The notes: generated by a model from the sequence alone, not told the origin. A stretch of DNA of 64,000 bases from an uncultured Nitrososphaerota archaeon (GCA_964518475.1 CAZFGR010000007.1:1-64000); one strand, 5' to 3'. Shown: positions 37,595-48,400, numbered from the stretch's first letter. Numbers and translations are program-made.

Positions 37595-40519
37595 ATGAAC
37601 AGAGATTTATCAGAAATCCTTTCAAGAGTACTTGAATCGAAGAATATTTGTGAAGAGATAGGATCTTTCTCAGTACTAAAGGAGTATGAGAGAGTATTTA
37701 ACCCTGTACGTTATATAGCCGAGAATTTATGCGTTAAAGGTATTGCTAACATAAAAGCACCTATAAGGACTCTTAAAAGAGCTTTGGGAACAAAGTCAAT
37801 AGAGATTATTATAAAGATTCTCAAAAGATTACAAGACCTTGTAGGAAGTATCGAAATTCTCGAAATAGATAAAGAAGCTTTTTTCCAAGGTGGAGAGGCG
37901 GTAAAAAGTTACAGCATTGAGAAATTTAGAGAACTTGGGGCTCGTTTAGAAGAAAACAAACTTTTAGTGGCGATATCTGAAAAATTTAAGAAAAATTTCA
38001 TTGTTCTTCCGAAAATTTTCGAAAAGATATTCGATCAGGATCCTTGGGGGTTACTAGCTACCCTAGCTATTGACGTTAGAAGAGTTTTCTGGAACCGTGT
38101 GGAGCACCACATTATTAAAGAACTAGACCTTAGACCGCCTCTAGAAACCTTCATTTTGCTCTTTCATGCTAGTAAAGAGCATCACGACTTGGTAAAAGGT
38201 TTATTATTGCTGGAAGAGATGTCTCGTAAACTCGGATTAGCTATTAGGAACTGGGATCGTAGTATTATTGCTTTGAAAAAAATAAAGCAATTTATAGAAA
38301 TGGTATCAAATGTTGATGAACCATTGAAACTGCTGATTTATGCACTTAATCTATTGATTGATGGGGGGATATCACTTAAAGACTTCTTTTCCCTCTTAAT
38401 AGGCTTCTTGAAAATGGATATTAATTGGAAAGAGAGAGTTCTTACCTCATACAGCTGTGTACCATCAGAGAACCTGCTGAAGAGCTTAAAGGATATGATA
38501 TGGGATGAAGCACTGATTGATAGGGTTTGTAGAAATATAATGAATGCTGAGAAGAAATGGGCGCCAGAGATCACAATAAATGATTTGTTCGGGATTTCAT
38601 GGCTATCCACTATAAGAAAAGACTTCTTATTAAAATGGTTAAGTGAGCAATTAGAAAAAGCTAATAGAACTATTAGATTATCAGAAGTCATAATCCCAGA
38701 GGAAATCATGAATATTTTAAGACTAGCACTCGTATTATCGATGACAGATACTAAATGCAACAGGAACACTTGTCTCTTAGTAGCTCGCTCTTTACTAGCA
38801 TTAAGATGGAGGCTCCAAAATTATCCCATATCTCTCATATCCCTAGTAGTCTCTTCACTAAAAGAGTTGGAGGAAAAAAAGTTAGCAATAGGTGTATATC
38901 TCGAGAGAATACTTGAAATACATGGGCCAGAAGCATATCTATATGTTCTAGACAAATTATTCTCAGATGAGAAGAAGAAACTAATAGTTGCTCTCAACAT
39001 AATGTTTTCTTCCCGAATAGGTATAGTGGCACGGAAAATTATTTCAAAAGCCATGACTAAGCCAGAGCTGCTAAAAGATGTAAACGATATTTTGCAGGAA
39101 ACAGCTTTTACTCCTCACGGAATAACTATTCCTATGGTCTGGGAGCTTAATCTCCCATTCTCTCCGAGACTGCTTGAAATAACGGAAAATGCTATTCGTT
39201 ACTTCTCTGAAGTCGAAGAACAACCCCCCAGACTATTAATCTTGTTCAGGGAATGTTTAGAAGCATTCAATGAAGTCAGAAAAGTCAAATCCATCCTCAA
39301 GGGAGAGAATATCATCAAATACATCAATAATTGTCCCAAAATCCTAACTGGGAGAACAGCTTTACAAACATTAATACGGGAGCTTAGAAGGATTTTCGGT
39401 AATTCTGAAGCTCGACTTATCAGACTGATGATACACGAGCTAAACAGTATTTATGAGACGTTCTCAGAAAAGTGGGAGCGGATATTTCTTATGAATTATC
39501 CAGAAATAATTAATGAGACTAGTAAATTGCCGAGTATTTGGCGTTTACCTAAGATTATCAAAGAGTATTTAAGGCTAGCTCCCGTGATTTTATTGGTGAT
39601 AGATGGATTGAGATACGATGACTACATAATCAAGCTTCGTCCCGCACTCATGGATCGTGGACTTGTGCCAATGAGAGAGGAAGCAATGTTATCTTTACTA
39701 CCCTCGGTGACTACGGTTTCTAGAAGGGCTATCTTTGGAGGGTTAATTGCGACGAGGTATTTTAGTCAGTTCAGCAACGTTATTAATCTAAAAATATTGC
39801 GTGAGGACGAACTTTTGAAAATGGTTATTACGAGTGACTCAGTATATCTCCACGGAGCAATAGCCAGAATTCTAAAGAAGATTAAGGAACTCGTCAAAGA
39901 AGGGAGAAAAACAAGCTTAATGGCAATAGTGATAAGCGAGCTAGAAAAAGCAGCCCATGGTGCTGCTGAGGGCTTCTTAGCTCATTTAACCACAGATTAC
40001 GTCAATGAAATCCTAAGAGTAATTCGCGCAGCAGCTCAAGCAATACATAGTACAACAGGCAATATGCCATACTTAATTTTAACAGCTGATCATGGCTTAG
40101 AGCTCTTTACAAAAGCTACCGAAATAGATACCCAGGAGATTATTAAAAAACTCCAGAAAACGAGAATGCTAGATCCTGCGCATGAACCATTGCTATCAGA
40201 GAGATTCTCAATCTTTGCATTTCTCAACGATAAAGCGGCGAAGGAGGCTAAGGAAATGATTCTCTTACAGTATGGGGATAAATTATTTGCAGTTACTGGA
40301 AAAGAGCTGGGATACGAAAAAGTAGCCTTAAAGTTGAGAGATCAAGATTTAGCAGACGCAGTTCCTAGCCAAAACACACTATTCATATTCCCGCGTAAGA
40401 AAACAAAATTCGTCTGGGAGAGAAGAAAGATCACCAGAATAGTTCTCCATGGTGGACTTTCGCCAATAGAGACGATTGTCCCCTTTGCCGTCTTTAGATT
40501 TAAGGAAGTTCCTCCCTAA
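37595..40519 (+). CDS. Large protein with C-terminal PglZ (alkaline phosphatase superfamily) domain
   Basis: LLVIDGLRYD, LPSVTTVSRRAIFGG, ELEKAAH, LTADHG, HGGLSPIETIVP. Start moved to ATG 37595 after AGGTG. Confidence 0.8.
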   Translation: MNRDLSEILSRVLESKNICEEIGSFSVLKEYERVFNPVRYIAENLCVKGIANIKAPIRTLKRALGTKSIEIIIKILKRLQDLVGSIEILEIDKEAFFQGGEAVKSYSIEKFRELGARLEENKLLVAISEKFKKNFIVLPKIFEKIFDQDPWGLLATLAIDVRRVFWNRVEHHIIKELDLRPPLETFILLFHASKEHHDLVKGLLLLEEMSRKLGLAIRNWDRSIIALKKIKQFIEMVSNVDEPLKLLIYALNLLIDGGISLKDFFSLLIGFLKMDINWKERVLTSYSCVPSENLLKSLKDMIWDEALIDRVCRNIMNAEKKWAPEITINDLFGISWLSTIRKDFLLKWLSEQLEKANRTIRLSEVIIPEEIMNILRLALVLSMTDTKCNRNTCLLVARSLLALRWRLQNYPISLISLVVSSLKELEEKKLAIGVYLERILEIHGPEAYLYVLDKLFSDEKKKLIVALNIMFSSRIGIVARKIISKAMTKPELLKDVNDILQETAFTPHGITIPMVWELNLPFSPRLLEITENAIRYFSEVEEQPPRLLILFRECLEAFNEVRKVKSILKGENIIKYINNCPKILTGRTALQTLIRELRRIFGNSEARLIRLMIHELNSIYETFSEKWERIFLMNYPEIINETSKLPSIWRLPKIIKEYLRLAPVILLVIDGLRYDDYIIKLRPALMDRGLVPMREEAMLSLLPSVTTVSRRAIFGGLIATRYFSQFSNVINLKILREDELLKMVITSDSVYLHGAIARILKKIKELVKEGRKTSLMAIVISELEKAAHGAAEGFLAHLTTDYVNEILRVIRAAAQAIHSTTGNMPYLILTADHGLELFTKATEIDTQEIIKKLQKTRMLDPAHEPLLSERFSIFAFLNDKAAKEAKEMILLQYGDKLFAVTGKELGYEKVALKLRDQDLADAVPSQNTLFIFPRKKTKFVWERRKITRIVLHGGLSPIETIVPFAVFRFKEVPP

Positions 40520-40844
40520 TTTGTTTTTTGATATAATCCCTAATTGTACTTCTTAGGTTATGGTCTATTTCGCGAATAATTCTCTCTCCCAACTCTGTTA
40601 GGCGAAGAATCCACTTCTTTACGCGCCCCCACGTTAGTATCTCCCTCTCAATGAGCCCTGCTTTTTCAAGGCCTAAAATCGTCTTTTTGACACTTCTATA
40701 CTTAGAATAACCAGTAACTTCTATTAAAATATCAGTAAGTTTTGCTTCTCTCTTATACAGGAGATAGAGCAGGATCTGAATAGCAAAAGGATTATTCAGC
40801 GCGTTCAGAATTATCCTGACTATTTCAGCCTCCAAATCGATCAC
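40500..40844 (-). CDS. Winged helix-turn-helix protein
   Basis: AIQILLYL, LEKAGLIER, LRLTELG. Confidence 0.8.
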   Translation of the reverse strand: MIDLEAEIVRIILNALNNPFAIQILLYLLYKREAKLTDILIEVTGYSKYRSVKKTILGLEKAGLIEREILTWGRVKKWILRLTELGERIIREIDHNLRSTIRDYIKKQIREELP

Positions 40845-40941
40845 TCAGTACAATTTCTCTCTATGCTAAAGAACGTAATGCTCTGCAACATCTAAGGTGT
40901 ATAAAATAATTTCCAATTGATTGAGAAAATGAAGTAATGCA

Positions 40942-41775
40942 TTAAAAAGTTTTGCTAATAAACCCTACGCACACGATTTCTAGGATCAAGATAATCAATA
41001 ATACAGTTGAAGATTTCAAAGAATATTGCGTCTTGGACAAATAGAGCTTTTTTCTAAAGCTTCTAGTTTCCAATGAAATTGCTAGAAACTTTGCTCTCTG
41101 TATATTCTCTCTGACAAGATTGTACATCACTAACTGACTAATTAGGATAAATTTCCCAAAACTTAACTGTTCATGCTTCATTTTGAGAGTATTGAGAAGA
41201 CGCCAAAATTCCTCCAACGTAATGGGGAGAAATCGAAGAGCATATATCAGAAGCAGAATCATCTTATTCGGAACCCTCACTTTGTGTAGAAGAGAGTAAA
41301 TTTCGCTGGTTCTTGTATTAATGATGAAAAGCTGGGCTAGAATAATGGTATTAAGAATCTTTAACCCAACAATTATTCCGTATATAAAACCTTCTAGAGT
41401 TACAGCAATGCCTTTTCCGAGCGTTAAATACGCTATGAGAGGAGTGCTGGGGCGAAGAATAATAAACAATACTGTGGTTTTTTGGTCAGTGTAGTACCCA
41501 TAGTAAAAAATTGATTGGCTAACAACGCTGCTAAGCAAGATTAAGCAGAATAGTTTCAATAAATAGCGTTTTGCGCCGTAGTTTTCTTTCTTTAGTACAG
41601 AGAAGAAGAGAACCAGAAAAATTATTGTGAGCATTATTAAGGCTAAAACGTTCCACGAGAAGAATAATATAAGAAAGCTCAAAAAGACCCAGAGTATTCT
41701 AATGCTGATATGGGCTGTGTTTAGGATATTTCTCTCTTCGCAATAAGTTAATTTTCCTAGGAGCATACTTGACAC
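40942..41775 (-). CDS. ECF transporter transmembrane T component
   Basis: TM helices, ALRFLP, LAISLETRSF. Confidence 0.85.
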   Translation of the reverse strand: MSSMLLGKLTYCEERNILNTAHISIRILWVFLSFLILFFSWNVLALIMLTIIFLVLFFSVLKKENYGAKRYLLKLFCLILLSSVVSQSIFYYGYYTDQKTTVLFIILRPSTPLIAYLTLGKGIAVTLEGFIYGIIVGLKILNTIILAQLFIINTRTSEIYSLLHKVRVPNKMILLLIYALRFLPITLEEFWRLLNTLKMKHEQLSFGKFILISQLVMYNLVRENIQRAKFLAISLETRSFRKKLYLSKTQYSLKSSTVLLIILILEIVCVGFISKTF

Positions 41776-41784
41776 GCAAAATCA

Positions 41785-43146
41785 CTATGTTAGGAATACT
41801 TCTCCATGCCTTATTTCGTAAATTCTGTCACAAACTCTTCTTAGGAAGTTTTTATTGTGAGAAGCTATCACTATTCCCATATTATTTTTCTCGAGAAATT
41901 GGCTAAGAATATCCAATAAATCACTAATTGATCTATAATCTAGTCCATATGTTGGCTCATCGAGCAGGAGTATTCCGGGATTCGCTGCTAAAGCGGAAGC
42001 TATAGCTAATTTCGTTCTCTCTCCTCTACTCAGTTTCCATGGGGAAATCATTCTATATCTGGTAAGTGAAAAAGCCTCTAAGAGCTCTTCTGCTATCTTG
42101 GTAGATGTTTCAATATTTCTGGTGATGTTATAGATAGGCCTAAAAACCTCATCCCAAACTCTAGGATATAAAATATTATTGTCTGGATTCTGGTACACAA
42201 GTGTAATAGGCTTCCTTTTGATGAGGTATCCCTTTATAGGCGACAAAAAACTGGTGAGTGTAAGAAGTATAGTGGTTTTCCCAGAACCGTTAGGACCTGT
42301 GATTCCAGTGATTTCTCTTTCTCGCACAACTAGATCCCTTATATACACCACTTGTCGACGATCCCATCCACAAGAGAGATCCTTTACCAGAAGTAGATCT
42401 TTCCCAGAATAGCTTAGAATTTTCTTTGATAATGTCGTTGCTTCTAAACCATATTCTCTTAGTAATTCTTTACTAGGGTTCTTCCCATCAAACACTACTC
42501 GGCCATCATCAAGAATGATGATCCGTGAAACGATATCTAGAAACGGTCCAGTATCATGTTCAGTTATTACCAACGTTGGCTCATAGCTAATTCCTTTTTT
42601 TAGAATATCCAACAATCTTTGCTGGTGGTGATAATCTAGTTGAGAAAAAGGCTCATCCAGCAAAACTATTTTAGGCCTTGTTGAAAGAACAGACGCTAGA
42701 ACAACTCTTTGTTTTTCCCCAAAACTTATGTTAAAGACGTATTTTTCTCTCAGATGTTCTAAGGAATAAGTTTTCAAAGTCTCTTCGAGCTCTCTAATAA
42801 AAGAATTATAGGGAAGATTAAGATTATATAAGCCAAGAGCGACCTCTTCCTCAACAGTTAGTCCTAAGAGCTGGTTTTCAAAGTCTTGTAAAGCAATTCC
42901 AACAACATTTTTTAGTTCCTCAAAACCACCAATGCAACTAATACCATCGATTTTTGCTGTTCCAGAGTATACGCCATTAAAGAAGCGTGGGAAAAATCCT
43001 GCAAGGATGTAGAGGAGGGTAGTTTTTCCACTACCCGTGGGTCCAGCTAATAGTACCTTTTCTCCAGGACTTATTGTTAGATGTATATCCTTGAGAAGCC
43101 ATTTGTTTGGCACGTATCCGAACCAGAAGTTCTTAATCTCTATCAT
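41785..43146 (-). CDS. ECF transporter fused double ABC ATPase
   Basis: Two cassettes: GPTGSGKTT/ISFGEKQR/LLDEP and GPNGSGKTT/LSRGE/LLDEP. Confidence 0.92.
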   Translation of the reverse strand: MIEIKNFWFGYVPNKWLLKDIHLTISPGEKVLLAGPTGSGKTTLLYILAGFFPRFFNGVYSGTAKIDGISCIGGFEELKNVVGIALQDFENQLLGLTVEEEVALGLYNLNLPYNSFIRELEETLKTYSLEHLREKYVFNISFGEKQRVVLASVLSTRPKIVLLDEPFSQLDYHHQQRLLDILKKGISYEPTLVITEHDTGPFLDIVSRIIILDDGRVVFDGKNPSKELLREYGLEATTLSKKILSYSGKDLLLVKDLSCGWDRRQVVYIRDLVVREREITGITGPNGSGKTTILLTLTSFLSPIKGYLIKRKPITLVYQNPDNNILYPRVWDEVFRPIYNITRNIETSTKIAEELLEAFSLTRYRMISPWKLSRGERTKLAIASALAANPGILLLDEPTYGLDYRSISDLLDILSQFLEKNNMGIVIASHNKNFLRRVCDRIYEIRHGEVFLT

Positions 43147-43162
43147 TTTCCAGCCCCAAGCT

Positions 43163-43843
43163 TCAATGAATGATGCTTACAAGTTCCTCTCCAAGTTTTG
43201 TCCCGAACTTATAACCGATAATCGTCAATATTCCATCCCCAATAATCGCTGGAATAACAATAAAGAGAGGGCGCCAATATCCCCAAGCGACAAGCATATA
43301 ATCTATAGCTAGATTAGCTCCCGTGAAGCCAAAGAAGAAGCCATTAATGTTCCTCTTCTTAGAGTAGAGTCCTGTAATCTCAAGAATGGAGCCCCATGCT
43401 AAGAAATAAGGAAACCAGAAGATTGCTGGAGAGAAAAACATTGAGATGAATCCATAACCTATTAATAGAAGGAAGGAAGAACCTTTTTTCCTGCAGATTT
43501 CTTGAAAAGCTCCGTACAATATTGAAGCTGGCAGATAAAATGCCAAGCCAGCGGCGAAGGGAATTATGTAAAATGTCAGAGAAGGTAGGAGCATGCTGAA
43601 GAAATTGGTCGCGTAAAGCATTGCGGAGAAAGAAGCTATGATTGCAAGATCCTCTGTATGGAGGGCTGTTATGTTCTCAATCGCTATTAAGAAACCAATT
43701 GAGGATAGAAATAGTGAATAAAGGCTTAGAATAATAGCTAATAGCATTATTTGATGAGGCGAATAATTGGAAATAAGAAAAATAGTGAGTAAGATCTGGG
43801 AAATAAACATGAAGAGTATGATAATATAGCGCTTAGGAGTCAT
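43163..43843 (-). CDS. Membrane protein, probable ECF substrate-binding S component
   Basis: About 7-8 TM helices; lies in the operon directly upstream of the ECF ATPase. Confidence 0.65.
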   Translation of the reverse strand: MTPKRYIIILFMFISQILLTIFLISNYSPHQIMLLAIILSLYSLFLSSIGFLIAIENITALHTEDLAIIASFSAMLYATNFFSMLLPSLTFYIIPFAAGLAFYLPASILYGAFQEICRKKGSSFLLLIGYGFISMFFSPAIFWFPYFLAWGSILEITGLYSKKRNINGFFFGFTGANLAIDYMLVAWGYWRPLFIVIPAIIGDGILTIIGYKFGTKLGEELVSIIH

Positions 43844-43846
43844 TTA

Positions 43847-44338
43847 TTATCCTCTCAGATTCTCTGTGGAGGTCGGAATTGGTAAGTTATTTCCATATAA
43901 TGCCCAATTTAGAAAAACCCACACCACTACATCATTTTCCTTAAGTATTAATTGATCAGCAGATATTGATGGATAGATCCACTTACCTACTCTCTGCCAT
44001 ACAGGGACTTCACGGTTGTAAATCGCGTATAGCCAAGCTACACTATCATATTCATTAACACCATTTATTCCACGAACATATACTCCATAAGCACCAATGG
44101 TAGCGTTTACACTATCGGCAACGATCAGTAATGCTTCAAAAGCAGAGGTTCCCCTGAGTACTTTAGTGTTATTACACCAGATAAGAGTACCATTTCCATA
44201 GTTAATACCTATGTCAACATAAATTATCTCATGACTATAAGTTCTTTGCAAGCGAGTTGCCATGTCGTAGAAGTAAAAGGCGAAAAATGTTGCTGATAAC
44301 GCCCAGAAAAGAAGAAGTATTACAAGGGCTCTTCGCAA
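43847..44338 (-). CDS. DUF4430-like (transcobalamin C-terminal-like) membrane-anchored protein
   Basis: N-terminal TM, GTSAFEAL, YGVYVRGINGV, WLYAI, ISADQLILKENDVVVW. TTG start after GAGGGGGTG. Confidence 0.75.
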   Translation of the reverse strand: MRRALVILLLFWALSATFFAFYFYDMATRLQRTYSHEIIYVDIGINYGNGTLIWCNNTKVLRGTSAFEALLIVADSVNATIGAYGVYVRGINGVNEYDSVAWLYAIYNREVPVWQRVGKWIYPSISADQLILKENDVVVWVFLNWALYGNNLPIPTSTENLRG

Positions 44339-44489
44339 AAAATGCACCCCCTCTTCTTCGATATAAGAATAATCCTCGACTATAACCCAAAAAACTTTAT
44401 AACTATGTTCACTATTTCTGTTTCTCAGACTTATTAACGATTTTTTATCATTTAAAAGAATACAACTAAAGGGTGACGGTGAAACAAGC

Positions 44490-45977
44490 ATGAGTTCTGA
44501 TAAAATTCATGTTATGAATATGCTAAAGAAGAGTTTCGAGAATCCAATAATTCGCTGGGGAATACGATCAGCACTAAAGAAGGATCCAAGAACAAGAAAG
44601 ACGTATCTAGAGCTTATCCTAGAGGATCTTTCTGGAGAGAACGTAAGGTTACCATATAGAGCTAGAATAATGAAGTTCTTTGTCAGGAAAGCTATTGAGA
44701 GAGGAGCAAAAGCATTTGATCTCTCTTACCAAGACGCAATAGGGAATTTTAAAGATGTTTGGACACGTAGAGCATTAGCCGGTGTTTTGAAGGGAATGGT
44801 GACGTTTGGAGTTCGTAAACCCTTCGTTCCTGGAGCACCTTTCTTAGTTGTATGGGATTACACATATAGGTGCAATTTGCGTTGTAAACACTGTTACATT
44901 AATGCTGGTCACTCTCTTCCCGAAATGACTGTAGAGGAAAGAAAGAAAGCTTTAGATATAATGGCGGATGCGGGGGTAGTAGTGATTGCTTTTTCGGGTG
45001 GAGAACCTATCCTTGGTCCTGGTATTCTAGAGATGATTAAAAGAGCAGACGACTATGGAATGTACACAGCAATGGCTACCAACGGTACCTTATTATCGGA
45101 GGAAATGACACAAAAACTGGTTAAAGCGGGGTTAAAATACGTACAAATAAGTCTAGATGCTCCAGTCCCAGAAGTGCACGACGAGTTTAGAGGAGTCCCT
45201 GGAGCTTGGGAGCGGACAGTTGAGGGTATTAAAAATGCTTTGAAAGCAGGGCTCTATGTTGAGATTTCAATGACTGTGACTAAACTAAATTATCATCTTG
45301 TTCCTCAAATGCTAGAGTTTGTTAGGGAAATTGGGGCTAATCTATTCATGCATTTTAACTTCGTACCAACGGGACGTGGCAAAGAGATTGTAGAATTAGA
45401 CCTGTCTCCTGAGGAAAGGGAAGAGTTGTTAAAATTATTGGCAAAGTCATCGCTAGAGGGTGAGGTTCAAGCAGCCTCCACCGCACCATCATTCGCACGC
45501 GTAGCGCTTGAACTAGGAATGGAGCGCGGAGAAGCATTCCTTGCCGGACACTTCTACAGGGTACGAGCACCATCGAAACTAGCTAGTTTGGCCGAGTTCA
45601 TTGGTGGATGTGGTGCTGGAAGAGCGTATCTAGCATTAGAACCGAATGGAGATATTCAACCCTGTGTCTTCCTACCAATAAAGGTAGGAAACATTTTCAA
45701 AGATGACTTCGAAGAATTATGGAGGACAAACAAGGTTTTCGAAGATCTGAGAAACAGGGAGCTCTTGGCTGAGCCCTGTAGATCATGTACATACAGAGAC
45801 GTCTGCGGAGGTTGCAGAGCTAGAGCGTATGGCTATTTTGGTGATTATCTGGCAGCAGATCCTGGATGCGTGTACGCTAAGGACTGGTGGGAGAGGATCT
45901 TAGAAAGCCTTTCAAAAGGGTTACCCTCAGCTAAAGCAACTAAAGAGGTAACCGCTGCTTCTTGTGAAAAACAGTAG
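44490..45977 (+). CDS. Radical SAM/SPASM domain protein (AhbC/AhbD/PqqE-like)
   Basis: CNLRCKHC, FSGGEP, TNG, SPASM motifs GCGAG..PCVF..CRSC..CGGCRA..DPGC. Confidence 0.9.
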   Translation: MSSDKIHVMNMLKKSFENPIIRWGIRSALKKDPRTRKTYLELILEDLSGENVRLPYRARIMKFFVRKAIERGAKAFDLSYQDAIGNFKDVWTRRALAGVLKGMVTFGVRKPFVPGAPFLVVWDYTYRCNLRCKHCYINAGHSLPEMTVEERKKALDIMADAGVVVIAFSGGEPILGPGILEMIKRADDYGMYTAMATNGTLLSEEMTQKLVKAGLKYVQISLDAPVPEVHDEFRGVPGAWERTVEGIKNALKAGLYVEISMTVTKLNYHLVPQMLEFVREIGANLFMHFNFVPTGRGKEIVELDLSPEEREELLKLLAKSSLEGEVQAASTAPSFARVALELGMERGEAFLAGHFYRVRAPSKLASLAEFIGGCGAGRAYLALEPNGDIQPCVFLPIKVGNIFKDDFEELWRTNKVFEDLRNRELLAEPCRSCTYRDVCGGCRARAYGYFGDYLAADPGCVYAKDWWERILESLSKGLPSAKATKEVTAASCEKQ

Positions 45978-46128
45978 AATCTTTTTACAATAACCGAAAA
46001 CTACTATTGAGTGTTAAGATTTCTAGAAGATTACTTTTCTTTTCTTCTCTTTTCTTCATTATTGCGGGATTAAAAACCTTAAATTCTCGAACAATCAATT
46101 TAAGTTTCTAAGTATAGGTTGGAAACGG

Positions 46129-47346
46129 ATGGTACGTATGGAAAATAGAGATAGATTGGCTTATTTAGCAATTCTCTTGTTCGGTTTAGTTAGCTTATTT
46201 GGCGATATAATTTATGAAGGCGCTCGAGGAATAATAAGTCCCTACCTCGAATTTTTAGGCGCCACCGCGATTATCGTAGGTATAGTAGGCGGAGTCGGTG
46301 ATTTTATAGGATACGCCTTGAGACTTGTAAGCGGTTACTTAGCAGATGTGAAAAAAACTTATTGGCTATTCGTTTTCCTCGGATATGGCTTGCTAATAAC
46401 GGTTCCATTACTAGCGTTCGCTCCTCATCTATCTTTCTTAGCCCCAGCATGGGTAATAGCATCCATCCTTGTTATATTGGAAAGATTAGGAAAAGCTCTA
46501 AGAAGCCCTGCTAGAGATACTTTATTGTCGGTAACCACTAAAGACATCGGTGCTGGAAAAGCTTTCGGCCTCCATGAGTTCATGGATCAACTAGGCGCGA
46601 TCATAGGTCCTTCAATAATGGCTATTATCCTATATCTAACAAACAATGAATACTTTTACGCGTTCTCCATAATGTTCATTCCTTATGTAATCTTAGTAGT
46701 CATCCTTTTCTTGGCTTATTCTAGATTAAAAGAGGCGACTGAGGAAGTCATGAAAGAAACTCGTCAACAGACCCAAGAGAGGAGAGCGAGATTACCAAGA
46801 CGTTTCTATATGTATGCTTTTGCTGTATTCCTTAATACTTCTGGACTCCTCTCCGCTCTCTTGATATTATATGTAGCATCCTATCTGGCTCATTTACCAG
46901 CTTGGGAAGTATCTGTTCTCTTCATAATAATTCAAGGTGTGGATGCCCTTGTTGCTCCTCTAGCTGGTTTCATCTATGACAGGGTAGGTATCTCTCTTCT
47001 AACAGTACCGTTCGTCCTATCAATTCTTCCTACGTTTTTCGCATTACAGGGTAGCAGGCAAATGGTTTATCTCGCAGCATTATCATTTGGCATAATCTTA
47101 GGAATGCAAGAATCTGTTTATAGAGCTGCTGTTTCAGACATAACAACAGTCGAGGCTAGAGGAACTGCTTATGGATTCTTTAGCACTCTTTATGGCGCAG
47201 GCTTCCTTGTGAGTGGGGCAATATTCGGGCTTTTCATAGAGTATAACCTCTACATCATGGCGGTAATTTACACCCTTCTCGTGCAATTCCTCGGTATAGC
47301 CCTACTTCTCCTATCCGCTAAAACAAAAAACTTCACAACAAAGTAG
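46129..47346 (+). CDS. MFS transporter
   Basis: About 12 TM helices; GYLAD, ERLGKALRSPARD, GFIYDRVG, RGTAYG. Confidence 0.9.
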   Translation: MVRMENRDRLAYLAILLFGLVSLFGDIIYEGARGIISPYLEFLGATAIIVGIVGGVGDFIGYALRLVSGYLADVKKTYWLFVFLGYGLLITVPLLAFAPHLSFLAPAWVIASILVILERLGKALRSPARDTLLSVTTKDIGAGKAFGLHEFMDQLGAIIGPSIMAIILYLTNNEYFYAFSIMFIPYVILVVILFLAYSRLKEATEEVMKETRQQTQERRARLPRRFYMYAFAVFLNTSGLLSALLILYVASYLAHLPAWEVSVLFIIIQGVDALVAPLAGFIYDRVGISLLTVPFVLSILPTFFALQGSRQMVYLAALSFGIILGMQESVYRAAVSDITTVEARGTAYGFFSTLYGAGFLVSGAIFGLFIEYNLYIMAVIYTLLVQFLGIALLLLSAKTKNFTTK

Positions 47347-47385
47347 AACATCTTAAACATTTTTTTTAAAAAATAGGATAGATAG

Positions 47386-48378
47386 GTGGAGGGCTTGTTT
47401 GATAAGAACTATGTGCTTGTTATGTTTAGAACTATCGAGAGCGATAGAAAAATAATTGAGGAGACGATCGGAGATTTGGCTAAAGTTTTTTACTTAAGAG
47501 ATCTTGATGAGGATGAGAAAGCGAAAATTATTCCTCAAGTAAAGGTTATAATTACGGGATCTGGGAGAGATCTTTCAAGAGACTTAATCGAATCAGCAAC
47601 AAGTTTAGAAATGATACAAACCCTCTCGGCGGGAGTAGATAATGTACCCTTCCAAATTATTCCCGAGAATATAATTGTATGTTCTAATGCAGGAGGTAAT
47701 GCGCAAGCCGTAGCGGAACACGCTTTAGCTTTACTTTTTGCTGCCGTAAAAAGAGTTGTTTACCATACTGAGAAAATGCGGAAAGGGATCTGGGAGCGAA
47801 GAAAGTATGGAATTCTCCTAAGAGGAAAGAAATTGGGAATAATAGGTCTTGGCCATATAGGGGCAGAAATCGCTAAAATGGCAAAGGCGCTCGGTATGAA
47901 GGTGTATGGAATTAATAGGAGCGGAAAAACAGATGTGCCAGTAGATTTCATAGGTACACCTAAGGATCTACACAAAGTATTGTCTGAAGCTGATATTATC
48001 GTTATATCCTTACCTTTGACTAAATACACGAGAGGATTAATAGGGGCTAAAGAATTGGGTCTGATGAAGAAGAACGCGATTCTCATTAATATTTCGCGGG
48101 GGGAAATAATTGATCAGAGAGCTCTATATGAGCATTTAAGAAATAACCCAGAGTTTATAGCGGCATTGGATGTTTGGTGGAGATACCCAAAAGAGGAGGA
48201 GAGAATATATCAAGATTACCCGTTTCATGAATTAGAGAATGTAATAATGACGCCTCACATCGCTGGTTTTACCCCAGAAATAAGAGAACAAGTAATAAGA
48301 AACGCTATGGAAAACGTTGCAAGATACTTAAGGGGTGAGAAACCAAGAAACATTGTTAATCGCGATGATTATGTGTAG
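47386..48378 (+). CDS. D-2-hydroxyacid dehydrogenase
   Basis: SAGVDN, AVAEHA, GLGHIG, INISRG, ALDVW, TPHIAG. Confidence 0.93.
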   Translation: MEGLFDKNYVLVMFRTIESDRKIIEETIGDLAKVFYLRDLDEDEKAKIIPQVKVIITGSGRDLSRDLIESATSLEMIQTLSAGVDNVPFQIIPENIIVCSNAGGNAQAVAEHALALLFAAVKRVVYHTEKMRKGIWERRKYGILLRGKKLGIIGLGHIGAEIAKMAKALGMKVYGINRSGKTDVPVDFIGTPKDLHKVLSEADIIVISLPLTKYTRGLIGAKELGLMKKNAILINISRGEIIDQRALYEHLRNNPEFIAALDVWWRYPKEEERIYQDYPFHELENVIMTPHIAGFTPEIREQVIRNAMENVARYLRGEKPRNIVNRDDYV

Positions 48379-48400
48379 GGTTTAAGAATGGGGAATAGAC

